From positions 181,559 through 245,558 of the forward strand of contig CAYFWF010000003.1 of NCBI GenBank assembly GCA_964346815.1: a DNA stretch of 64,000 bases. The letters run 5' to 3'. The notes beneath the pieces are model-generated. The model was not told the DNA's origin, did no database searches, and saw only the letters and a program-made list of their open reading frames with translations. This document shows, piece after piece, positions 56,947-64,000 of the stretch (position 1 is its first letter; each line of letters begins with the position of its first letter). Source of the DNA: an uncultured Eubacteriales bacterium. GTDB taxonomy: Bacteria; Acidobacteriota; Aminicenantia; Aminicenantales; Aminicenantaceae. Position numbers and translations under genes: made by a program.

Positions 56947-57006
56947 ATAAGGCGAACACGATTCGCTGGGGTGGCTCAAAAAAATAGAAGATCTAAGAGG
57001 ATTTCG

Positions 57007-57477
57007 ATGCGCATCCAATTTTTTAAGCTCATTGTCAGTCTTGTTATCTGTCAACTGGCGGGTTTGGCCGGCTCTCTTTTTACTGCGCCTGCAATTCCCA
57101 GCTGGTACGCTTCTCTCCAAAAACCTACCTTTACTCCCCCGAGTTGGCTGTTCTCGCCCGTCTGGATCTTTCTTTATATCCTCATGGGCGTTGCTCTCTA
57201 TTTGATCTGGCAAGCTGGTTCTCAAAGAGAAGCGAAAACGGCCCTTGTTCTTTTTGCTCTACAGCTCATCCTGAACATATCGTGGTCGGTGATCTTTTTC
57301 GGTTTGAGATCTCCGATGTGGGCCTTCTTAGAAATCATTGTTCTGCTGTTGGCCATATTCCTGACCATTCTCAAATCTTTAAGAGTCTCGAAAACAGCCG
57401 GCTATCTGCTCCTGCCGTACTTGATTTGGGTCGGCTTTGCATCTGTCCTCAACTACTTCTTTTGGAGGCTCAATTGA
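57007..57477 (+). CDS. tspO: TspO/MBR (tryptophan-rich sensory protein) family membrane protein
   Basis: Five-TM, Trp-rich; PSWYASLQKPTFTPPSWLFSPVWIFLYILMGVALYLIW is a close match to the TspO N-terminal consensus. AGAGGA SD before ATG at 57007. Confidence 0.8.
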   Translation: MRIQFFKLIVSLVICQLAGLAGSLFTAPAIPSWYASLQKPTFTPPSWLFSPVWIFLYILMGVALYLIWQAGSQREAKTALVLFALQLILNISWSVIFFGLRSPMWAFLEIIVLLLAIFLTILKSLRVSKTAGYLLLPYLIWVGFASVLNYFFWRLN

Positions 57478-57594
57478 CCTGGCAGTAAAAAAGAGATCAA
57501 TGGTCGTGATTGGGGATTCATCCTGGAAGGAGCCGAGGGGACTTTTTCATTTAGACTGAGCCGATGTGCATAAAACGATGCAAACAGCAAAATG

Positions 57595-58416
57595 TCATTT
57601 CCGACTCTTATCAGCCAGATAGGCTCTTTTGAGTGTGTCGCCTCTGACTCCTTGTCTCAAAGCCTCCAGGGCCAAAACTTCATCCGGCGGGATATTCCCC
57701 AGACAGACTTCGGGTCCAAAACGGATGATGAGCTCTTGCTGTTGGTTTTTAATCGGCGCTTCCCAGAGCAGTTGATTGGCATCGTCCACACCTGCAACGA
57801 TGTTTTCCATCTCATCTTTTTTGATCCTCCCATCTGAATCGAATATCCCCACTCCCCGGCCTGCTTCACGAGCTTCAATGATCACCTTAAAAGCTCCATT
57901 TTGAAGATCCTCTTTGATCAGCTTGTGAACAAGTGCAATCGGAAGAGCCTCTTTGGGATCTTTCTTGCCGACTTCAGTGATCACCTTAAATCCTTTCTCC
58001 AATGCTTTATTTATGATTTTTATTCTCATAACAGGATCCAATTCTATCGTTCCATCGGAAATCTCAACGGCAGAAAAACCCAATTCTTTAGCTCTTTCCA
58101 AATATTTCTCCTCATCTCCTTTCCAGAGCGCGATCTCAAGAAAGGTGCCTCCAGGCATAACATCGATCTGTGCTGAAACTAGAGCGTCAATTTTTTCTCT
58201 TAAGACCTCCTTTTCATAGAAAGCCGATGTCCCGAATGTCAGCTTGAGGACATCGATGTATTCTCCCGAAGTCTGGATGAGGTCTGTTATTTGATTCAAT
58301 CCCATCCCTTTATCGATCACCATCGTCAAGCCGGTCGTCCGGGGTTTCGAGGATCGGCCTTTGACTGGAATCTCGGTAACGCCTTCCCAAGCTTTGGTCA
58401 TTTGCCTTACCTCCAC
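57595..58416 (-). CDS. (2R)-phospho-3-sulfolactate synthase (ComA) family protein
   Basis: 273 aa. ComA-family core GLTMVIDKGMGL…DVLKLTFGTSA…GFSAVEISDGTIEL. TIM-barrel PEP-binding family. Confidence 0.7.
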   Translation of the reverse strand: MEVRQMTKAWEGVTEIPVKGRSSKPRTTGLTMVIDKGMGLNQITDLIQTSGEYIDVLKLTFGTSAFYEKEVLREKIDALVSAQIDVMPGGTFLEIALWKGDEEKYLERAKELGFSAVEISDGTIELDPVMRIKIINKALEKGFKVITEVGKKDPKEALPIALVHKLIKEDLQNGAFKVIIEAREAGRGVGIFDSDGRIKKDEMENIVAGVDDANQLLWEAPIKNQQQELIIRFGPEVCLGNIPPDEVLALEALRQGVRGDTLKRAYLADKSRK

Positions 58417-58419
58417 CGC

Positions 58420-59439
58420 TTATTTAAGGATATTTTCCCAGCAGTCTCTAGGGTTGGACAACACAGTAGAGATCTCTAAATTTGAGCTTCGCTGTACAAG
58501 CGCATTGACTGCTGCCAGACGGTCCTTTGCCATCTCTATTTCATCCAGCCCTAATATGACGAGTTTATCGTACAGAATAACGGATTCTGCCAATTTTTGA
58601 GTGATGTTGTCAAAAAGTTTTTTTTGTGCTCTTTGCTTTTCCTGGATGGGATTGATGATGGATTTCTCGAACCCTCTCTCCATCCGGGGAAAGAAGATAC
58701 GGACTGAAGAGGGATTTTCGATGATTTTCCGCTGAGCTTTATGTTCAGATAGATCGAGGGCAATCTTTTTCTGCCAGAGTTCCTGAGGCGCCGGCTTCTC
58801 CCCATCCAAAAGAAACCTCGGAAAATCATAGAGCAGGGTTCCATACCGGATGTTGTCAACTAAAGATCCCATCTGCCAAACGACATTGTCTTTATTGATC
58901 TGGAAGTGAACGGTTTCCGTCGAAAAGAGTTTTAATCCCTTCTCTATTCCTCTGAGAAGAAAAACGGTCTTGCCGCTTCCAGCTCCCCCGATGAACACGA
59001 AGAGACTGTCTGACTCCTCTTCATATAAGGCACAGGCATGAAAATTATACATCCTGTGTTTTTTTTCGAGCAAATAGAGCGCGTATCTATACAGAAATCC
59101 CTGATTGCCCCAGAGGGTATACCTCGGATCAGAAGCTCTTGCTTGCAATTTAAGAAAAGGCCCTCTAAAGAGGATGCGATGATTCTTCTTTTCATAAAAG
59201 GGTTCAGAAGGTTCGTCGGTAATTGAAATGTAACCGTCCAAGTCCGAGCTGAAAGGTATGCTTTCTACTGTTCTGAAATCAGTCAGGAGCGATTCGATCT
59301 TTGTCTCTAATGTCAGGTGTGGCAGAAGCTTTTCCCGGTTGGACTGAATTCCAATGGAAGCCTGGAGTATCTTAACTGCGGTTGTGAACATACAAACCCT
59401 GGAATGTCGATAGTCAAAATGATTTAAGAGAATTATCAT
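58420..59439 (-). CDS. HPr-kinase C-terminal-domain-like P-loop protein (uncharacterised kinase/phosphotransferase)
   Basis: FVFIGGAGSGKTVFLLRGIEKGLKLFSTETVHF aligns to the HprK-C P-loop plus following helix ([27 protein letters not shown]). No HprK N-domain. 4 nt downstream of the ComA-like gene on the same strand. Confidence 0.45.
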   Translation of the reverse strand: MIILLNHFDYRHSRVCMFTTAVKILQASIGIQSNREKLLPHLTLETKIESLLTDFRTVESIPFSSDLDGYISITDEPSEPFYEKKNHRILFRGPFLKLQARASDPRYTLWGNQGFLYRYALYLLEKKHRMYNFHACALYEEESDSLFVFIGGAGSGKTVFLLRGIEKGLKLFSTETVHFQINKDNVVWQMGSLVDNIRYGTLLYDFPRFLLDGEKPAPQELWQKKIALDLSEHKAQRKIIENPSSVRIFFPRMERGFEKSIINPIQEKQRAQKKLFDNITQKLAESVILYDKLVILGLDEIEMAKDRLAAVNALVQRSSNLEISTVLSNPRDCWENILK

Positions 59440-59520
59440 ACATGATAATCGATCAAAAAGCGACTGTCAAAAGGGACAGCAGGCAGGCAAGCATATCCAA
59501 GCAGGTCCCCGATTCATCCA

Positions 59521-60231
59521 TTATTTAGTAGACGTGTGAAGAGCGCAGACGCCCAGAAAAAATTTTCGACAGACAACACGAGAAAACCCTGTATCTCTGA
59601 GAATCGAAGAAAATTCTTCAGGACCGTAAAAACGAGGGATGGTGAAAGAGAGATATCTGTAACCCGCTTTGGAACCCGAGAAAAGATAACCGACCGGTCG
59701 CACGGCCAATTTAACATAAGAATGAAAAATCTGTCTCAATGGTTTGAATGAGGGCTGGCTGGTTTCCAGGTTTAAAAAATGCCCGCCTGGTTTCAGTACC
59801 CTGAAAAATTCTTTGAGATAGAATTCCAGAACATTCATGCGTATGTTCAGATTCCGGGTGGCGAAAGATATGGTCACCAGATCGAAACATCCATCGGGAA
59901 AAGGGAGCGATCCAGCCTCGGCGATACCAAAAAAGATATTGGAACGGCGTCTTTTTTTCTTTGCTCTTTTCTTTGCTCTTGCCAGCATCGAGGCAGAAAA
60001 GTCGACAGCGAATATTTGGACCTCTTCGGCAGCACATCCTGAAAGACTATGGGCCATTTCTCCTGTGCCGCTGCAGACATCCAACCATAAGGTCCCACCA
60101 AGTCGAGAAGCCGTTTTGGCCGTTTTATGCCTCCAGAAAATATCCAGCCCGAAGGTCAATATATGGTTGATGACTTCATACCTGTGTGCAACATCTGCAT
60201 AGATTTTCTGAACGCCCTTCCTGACTCTCAT
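59521..60231 (-). CDS. class I SAM-dependent methyltransferase (UbiE/COQ5-like) with internal Lys/Arg-rich insertion
   Basis: SAM-binding motif I LDVCSGTGEMA and post-I acidic residue. Insertion RAKKRAKKKRRRS, partly generated by the 12-nt tandem duplication at 59956..59979. Confidence 0.8.
   Translation of the reverse strand: MRVRKGVQKIYADVAHRYEVINHILTFGLDIFWRHKTAKTASRLGGTLWLDVCSGTGEMAHSLSGCAAEEVQIFAVDFSASMLARAKKRAKKKRRRSNIFFGIAEAGSLPFPDGCFDLVTISFATRNLNIRMNVLEFYLKEFFRVLKPGGHFLNLETSQPSFKPLRQIFHSYVKLAVRPVGYLFSGSKAGYRYLSFTIPRFYGPEEFSSILRDTGFSRVVCRKFFLGVCALHTSTK
59956..59979. repeat. perfect 12-nt tandem duplication (TTTCTTTGCTCT x2) inside the methyltransferase CDS, encoding RAKK-RAKK
   Basis: Read directly from sequence; in frame on the minus strand. 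Confidence 0.8.
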
Positions 60232-60428
60232 TTTTGTGCTTTCGGACGTGGGATTATATAAGATGTTCGCAGATCAGACAATAAAAAATATGTTCGAGAT
60301 CACCGGAATAAGGATGCGCCCTTCGCTGATATTTTTTCTTAAGGGAATGAAATTTTTCTGATAGAATAATGAATTGATGTGGACGGGAGAAACGCAAAAA
60401 AAAGTATCACTTAAAGAAAGGAGATGAG

Positions 60429-62252
60429 ATGAGAAACAGAGCTCTTATCGTTGGGATTTTACTGGCCATCGGGGTGTTCTTCTCGGCCGACCTTCATGAG
60501 GCACGGTATCAGGAAAAGGGGTATGATTTTGACATCCTCATAAAAAACGCCAAGGTCTTCGACGGCTCTTCGAATCCCGCAGTTAAGGCGGAAGTGGCAA
60601 TAAAAGATGATACCATTCTGAAGGTGGGCAGATCCATAAAGGGAAGAGCAAGAAAGGTCATCGATGCCCGCTCGCTTTATCTGGCTCCAGGTTTTATCGA
60701 CATGCACACGCATGTTGATCAGGGCATGTACTTCCCCGAGAACAGAGCCTGTCTGAATTATCTCAAACAAGGAGTTACCACTGTCATTGTCGGACAGTGT
60801 GGAAGAAGCGCCTGGCCAATTTTCGAAAAGGCCGAAGACCTTATCGAGAGATGGAAAAAAGACGGGATCGGCCCGAATGCAGCTCTTCTCGTGGGTCATG
60901 GTCAGGTACGAGAGGCAGTCATGGGGATGGAAAACAGAGAACCCACACCCGAAGAACTGGATGCGATGAGGGTTCTGGTAAAAGAGGCCATGGAGCAGGG
61001 AGCTCATGGCCTTTCTACTGGCTTGGAATATTTGCCAGGCCGGTATGGGGAAACCGAAGAGGTCATCGAGCTGGTGAAAGTCATCGCTCCTTATGAGGGT
61101 ATTTACCATACTCATATGCGGAACGAAGGAGAGCGACTTCTCGAGGCCGTCGAGGAAGCGGTAAAGATATCCAGAGAATCGGGAGCTCGGGTGCATATTT
61201 CCCATTTCAAAGCGGTCGAAAAAAACAACTGGGGGCTTGTCAAGGAAGCCTGTGCCCTGATTGAAAAGGCCCGCGCAGACGGATTGAAAATCACTGCCGA
61301 TCAGTATCCCTATAAATTTTCCAGCGGATATCCATACAGAAGTCTCATTCCCAGATCGGCGTGGCTCGGAGAGAACGAAGCGGGACGACTGGAAGCGGAG
61401 GACCTGGATGAAATTTTCGATCATCTTCGGGATGGCCATTTACTTAACCTCTACGCAAAAACCACTCCCTACATTCCCATCTCGGAACGTCACCAGCAGT
61501 TTTTGGATGAACTTCCCAGGAAAAGACTCGTGGAATTGGTGAGGGGACAGCTCATCAGCACAGGAGATTTTCAGGGTCCAGCGAACACGAGAGAAAGAGT
61601 TCTTTTTGTGGAGAGGATGGAGAATCCAGAAGAAGCGGCAAAGATTCGCAGTGGAGTGGAGCAGTATATCGAGTCCATGGCAGGAGCAGAGAATATCATT
61701 ATAGGCATTTGTGTCGACAAGAAATTAGAGGGGATGTCCCTAAAACAAATTGCCGATTTGAAGGGGCAGTCGGTTGCAGACACAGCCATCCAGCTCGAAT
61801 TGATGGGGGCGAGATCCGTTCCTCTCAGGATGTCCGAGGAGGATGTGGAGTTCATCATGAAAAAAGACTATGTAGCCACGGGAAGCGACGGAACGGCTCC
61901 CTTCTATGGCATCGGACTGACTCATATTCGTTCCTACTCCACTTTTCTCCATAAGATCAAAAAATATGGACAGGAGAGAAAATCTGTGCCCGTTCCTCAT
62001 ATCATCCGTTCTCAAACCTCTCTTTCAGCAGATATCATGAATTGGAAGGATAGAGGCTGGATCAAGGAAGGATATAAGGCTGACGTTGTTGTTTTCGACC
62101 TGGACAAGATAAAGATAAAAACTTCCATTTCCAATCCCCATCAATACAGCGAAGGAGTCAAGTACCTTCTTATAAACGGTAAAATTGTGCTCGGCAACGG
62201 AAGATACACGGGCATGCTTCCAGGAAAAGTCCTTAAACTAAAAGGAAGGTAA
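60429..62252 (+). CDS. N-acyl-D-amino-acid deacylase (D-aminoacylase) family amidohydrolase, secreted
   Basis: Signal peptide. DILIKNAKVFDGSSNPAVKAEVAIKDDTILKVG N-terminal beta-sandwich typical of D-aminoacylases. Metal site GFIDMHTHVD. 607 aa. Confidence 0.7.
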   Translation: MRNRALIVGILLAIGVFFSADLHEARYQEKGYDFDILIKNAKVFDGSSNPAVKAEVAIKDDTILKVGRSIKGRARKVIDARSLYLAPGFIDMHTHVDQGMYFPENRACLNYLKQGVTTVIVGQCGRSAWPIFEKAEDLIERWKKDGIGPNAALLVGHGQVREAVMGMENREPTPEELDAMRVLVKEAMEQGAHGLSTGLEYLPGRYGETEEVIELVKVIAPYEGIYHTHMRNEGERLLEAVEEAVKISRESGARVHISHFKAVEKNNWGLVKEACALIEKARADGLKITADQYPYKFSSGYPYRSLIPRSAWLGENEAGRLEAEDLDEIFDHLRDGHLLNLYAKTTPYIPISERHQQFLDELPRKRLVELVRGQLISTGDFQGPANTRERVLFVERMENPEEAAKIRSGVEQYIESMAGAENIIIGICVDKKLEGMSLKQIADLKGQSVADTAIQLELMGARSVPLRMSEEDVEFIMKKDYVATGSDGTAPFYGIGLTHIRSYSTFLHKIKKYGQERKSVPVPHIIRSQTSLSADIMNWKDRGWIKEGYKADVVVFDLDKIKIKTSISNPHQYSEGVKYLLINGKIVLGNGRYTGMLPGKVLKLKGR

Positions 62253-62323
62253 TTCGGCCTTTTTATGAGGCACTTTGAGGTTATAAGACCGAAGAATATC
62301 GTTTCGCTGGCAATATTGGACGT

Positions 62324-63529
62324 TCATTTCAAGCGTTTGTCAGAATGCACCGGGCGGTTTTTCGTTCTGAGCGGGGAACTTTTAGATAAAGAGTAAATCA
62401 TTAAAGTGAGGATTCCGAGTACAGCCAGAAAAATGAAGGGGGAACTTATGCCGAATTTATCGGAAAGAAATCCTGATAACAGCACAATGAGAGCACCTGT
62501 GAGCATCTGAATATTTGCCACGAGGCTGAATGCGACGACATGATCCCTCTCCGGAATTTTATTGGCCACGAAGGATTGGAAGGCAGGGAAAACGAGGAAG
62601 AGGAAGGCTCCGTAAAGGAAAAGGCCTATAACGGCAATCCCCGGAACGGAAGACGAACCCAAGAGAATGAGGAATAAAGTTGAGCAGGTTAAACTCATGA
62701 CAGATGCGTTCTTGCGGCCGATGCGTCTGAACAGATAGCCGTACATATAGGTCATCACTGTCCCGATCCCTATCCAGGAAGCCAGGAAAATTCCCGTATT
62801 TCCTAGAGGCACTTTGAATTTATGGTTAAACAGGGAAGGCGCATAATAGACGGTCGTTCCCCAACAGGCCCCTCCGAAAACAAAGCCAAGGACATAAATT
62901 TTGATATCCTTGAGAGTCCTTATCCAGGAGGCGAAATCCGGACTGATGGGATTTTTCGTTTTTAGAGAGATATTACGGACGGCAAGAAAGCTGAACAGCC
63001 CGAGAATCAAGCTGGCCGCTGCACAGGCGTATAAGGGGATTTTCCAGCCAAAGTTTTGGGCGAGAAAGCCAGACAAAATAAAGGCGGTAAATACCCCAAG
63101 GTTTCCTGAGCCGCTTTGAATACCCATGGCAAAGTCGAGACCTTGGTCGGGATGGGCTCTTGATACTGTAGCTATGCCGACGGGGTGGTAAAGGCTTATG
63201 GACATTCGCATCAAAAGGTAGAAGAAAAGCATGGATACGAAGCTTTCTGTTAGGGTGATCATAAAAAGTGTTAAGGATATTCCCGCTACGCTGATCAGAA
63301 GCATATGCCTGTATTCGAACTTGTGGGCATGATGAGCAATAACGATTTGGAACAAGAGTGTAACGAGGAGGCCGAGGTTGGACATGATGCCGATATCAGA
63401 ATAATTTTTGATGATGAATTGCTGGCTGAAGAGAAGCGGAAAAATCATCGGAACAGTTACGGCAGTGGCATCATTCAAGGCGTGGAAGAGGGAGGCGGAA
63501 ACCAGGATCTTTTTTTTCATTTTTGGCAA
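62324..63529 (-). CDS. MFS transporter
   Basis: 401 aa, 12 predicted TM helices with two six-helix halves. Confidence 0.8.
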   Translation of the reverse strand: MPKMKKKILVSASLFHALNDATAVTVPMIFPLLFSQQFIIKNYSDIGIMSNLGLLVTLLFQIVIAHHAHKFEYRHMLLISVAGISLTLFMITLTESFVSMLFFYLLMRMSISLYHPVGIATVSRAHPDQGLDFAMGIQSGSGNLGVFTAFILSGFLAQNFGWKIPLYACAAASLILGLFSFLAVRNISLKTKNPISPDFASWIRTLKDIKIYVLGFVFGGACWGTTVYYAPSLFNHKFKVPLGNTGIFLASWIGIGTVMTYMYGYLFRRIGRKNASVMSLTCSTLFLILLGSSSVPGIAVIGLFLYGAFLFLVFPAFQSFVANKIPERDHVVAFSLVANIQMLTGALIVLLSGFLSDKFGISSPFIFLAVLGILTLMIYSLSKSSPLRTKNRPVHSDKRLK

Positions 63530-63719
63530 GGAGAGGGATTTATACTAAAGAGTCTCTCCATTGTCAATTTGACGGTCAGCTCTGCTTCTGTAGACTTTTT
63601 AACCTGCGAGCTTGATCTCAGAAGAAGTCATAACAGGAATGAGGATTTTCAATTTTGAGTTGCGTGCAGGGACAAATTCGGTTAATGTAGGGAGAAGTCG
63701 GGAACGAACAGGAGGAAGC

Positions 63720-64000
63720 ATGAAACAAAGAATATCGAGAAGAGATTTGTTCAAGGCAGGCTTCGGTGCAGGAGCTCTGGCCATGCTGGGTGGTGGAACC
63801 AGACTGCTCGGAAGAAACCAGACCTCTGGAAAGATGATTGCCATAGCCAGCGGAAATGGGCAGAGAGCGGTGGACAAAGCTGTGGAGTTGATGCAGCAGG
63901 GAAAAGATCCACTGGATGCAGCGATTGCTGGAGTCAATGTAGTGGAAAGCGATCCAAACGATATGTCTGTGGGTTATGGAGGCATTCCTAACGAAGAAGG
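63720..64000 (+). CDS. Tat-signal Ntn-hydrolase, glycosylasparaginase / isoaspartyl-peptidase (L-asparaginase 2) family, 3' partial (runs off window)
   Basis: AGGAGG SD then ATG. SRRDLFKAGFGAGALAMLGG twin-arginine signal. DPLDAAIAGVNVVESDPNDMSVGYGGIPNEEG matches the glycosylasparaginase N-terminal region (…VEDDP…SVGYGG.P…G). Not in the ORF track because no stop is reached. Confidence 0.6.
   Translation, partial: MKQRISRRDLFKAGFGAGALAMLGGGTRLLGRNQTSGKMIAIASGNGQRAVDKAVELMQQGKDPLDAAIAGVNVVESDPNDMSVGYGGIPNEE

Noticed and set aside
62231-62260. GAAAGG…CCTTTTTTAT after the D-aminoacylase stop as an intrinsic terminator
   Set aside because: Stem is about 5 bp and AT-rich; not convincing.
1-64000. 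CRISPR arrays, tRNA/rRNA genes, transposases, integrases, prophage genes
   Set aside because: No spaced direct repeats were seen. All intergenic regions are under 300 nt and lack tRNA-like T-loop motifs. No integrase, transposase or phage structural protein signatures in any frame. The window looks like stable chromosome.

Overview
The window reads as a chromosomal segment of a Gram-negative, probably anaerobic, sugar-degrading bacterium. The evidence for this is Omp85-like and OmpW-like beta-barrel outer-membrane proteins, a tungsten-type aldehyde:ferredoxin oxidoreductase, flavodoxin, radical-SAM and reductive-dehalogenase-like Fe-S proteins. About 56 protein-coding genes are supported, with dense packing and many 4-nt ATGA stop/start overlaps. 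I found no rRNA, tRNA, CRISPR array, transposase or integrase, and no recognisable defence system.

The main blocks are as follows.
- 1-9.5 kb: Omp85-like outer-membrane protein (partial), pepD, galK, a divergent PlsY paralog coupled to a GT2 glycosyltransferase, a Zn/Mn ABC transporter (binding protein, ATPase, permease) and a macro-domain protein.
- 9.6-14.7 kb: an operon of two M16 peptidases, a mammalian-type fused formimidoyltransferase-cyclodeaminase (FtcD) and a THEP1-like NTPase.
- 14.7-17.3 kb: metK and ahcY, encoding the SAM-synthesis and SAH-hydrolysis steps of the methyl cycle.
- 17.3-24.7 kb: a long minus-strand housekeeping operon, asnS / rimO-pgpA-cinA-thpR-plsY-gpsA-TPR lipoprotein.
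- 27.6-37 kb: an L-rhamnose locus with GH78 alpha-L-rhamnosidase, rhaB and rhaA. In place of a canonical RhaD and lactaldehyde dehydrogenase/reductase it carries a 440-aa tandem class II aldolase-like protein, an AOR-family tungsten oxidoreductase and a flavodoxin. I consider this the most interesting candidate for an undescribed pathway variant.
- 38-42.5 kb: NifS-like cysteine desulfurase, short-form phosphoglycerate dehydrogenase, class V aminotransferase (a serine-pathway-like trio) and an M20 peptidase.
- 42.7-47.6 kb: OmpW-like beta-barrel, GlsB/YeaQ, a DUF362-ferredoxin, a membrane-anchored RdhA/QueG-type 2x[4Fe-4S] protein and a kynureninase.
- 47.8-57.5 kb: a PflX-like radical SAM protein with a Tat-like N-terminus, a clan GH-G (GH37/GH63-like) glycosidase, an SDR, a 1098-aa ten-Asp-box BNR/sortilin-like protein, a Na+/solute symporter and TspO.
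- 57.6-60.2 kb: a triad of a phosphosulfolactate-synthase (ComA-family) homolog, an HprK-C-like P-loop protein and a SAM methyltransferase.
- 60.4-64 kb: D-aminoacylase, an MFS transporter and a Tat-signal glycosylasparaginase-like Ntn hydrolase (partial).

All functional calls rest on motifs I could read in the translations; no database search was run.
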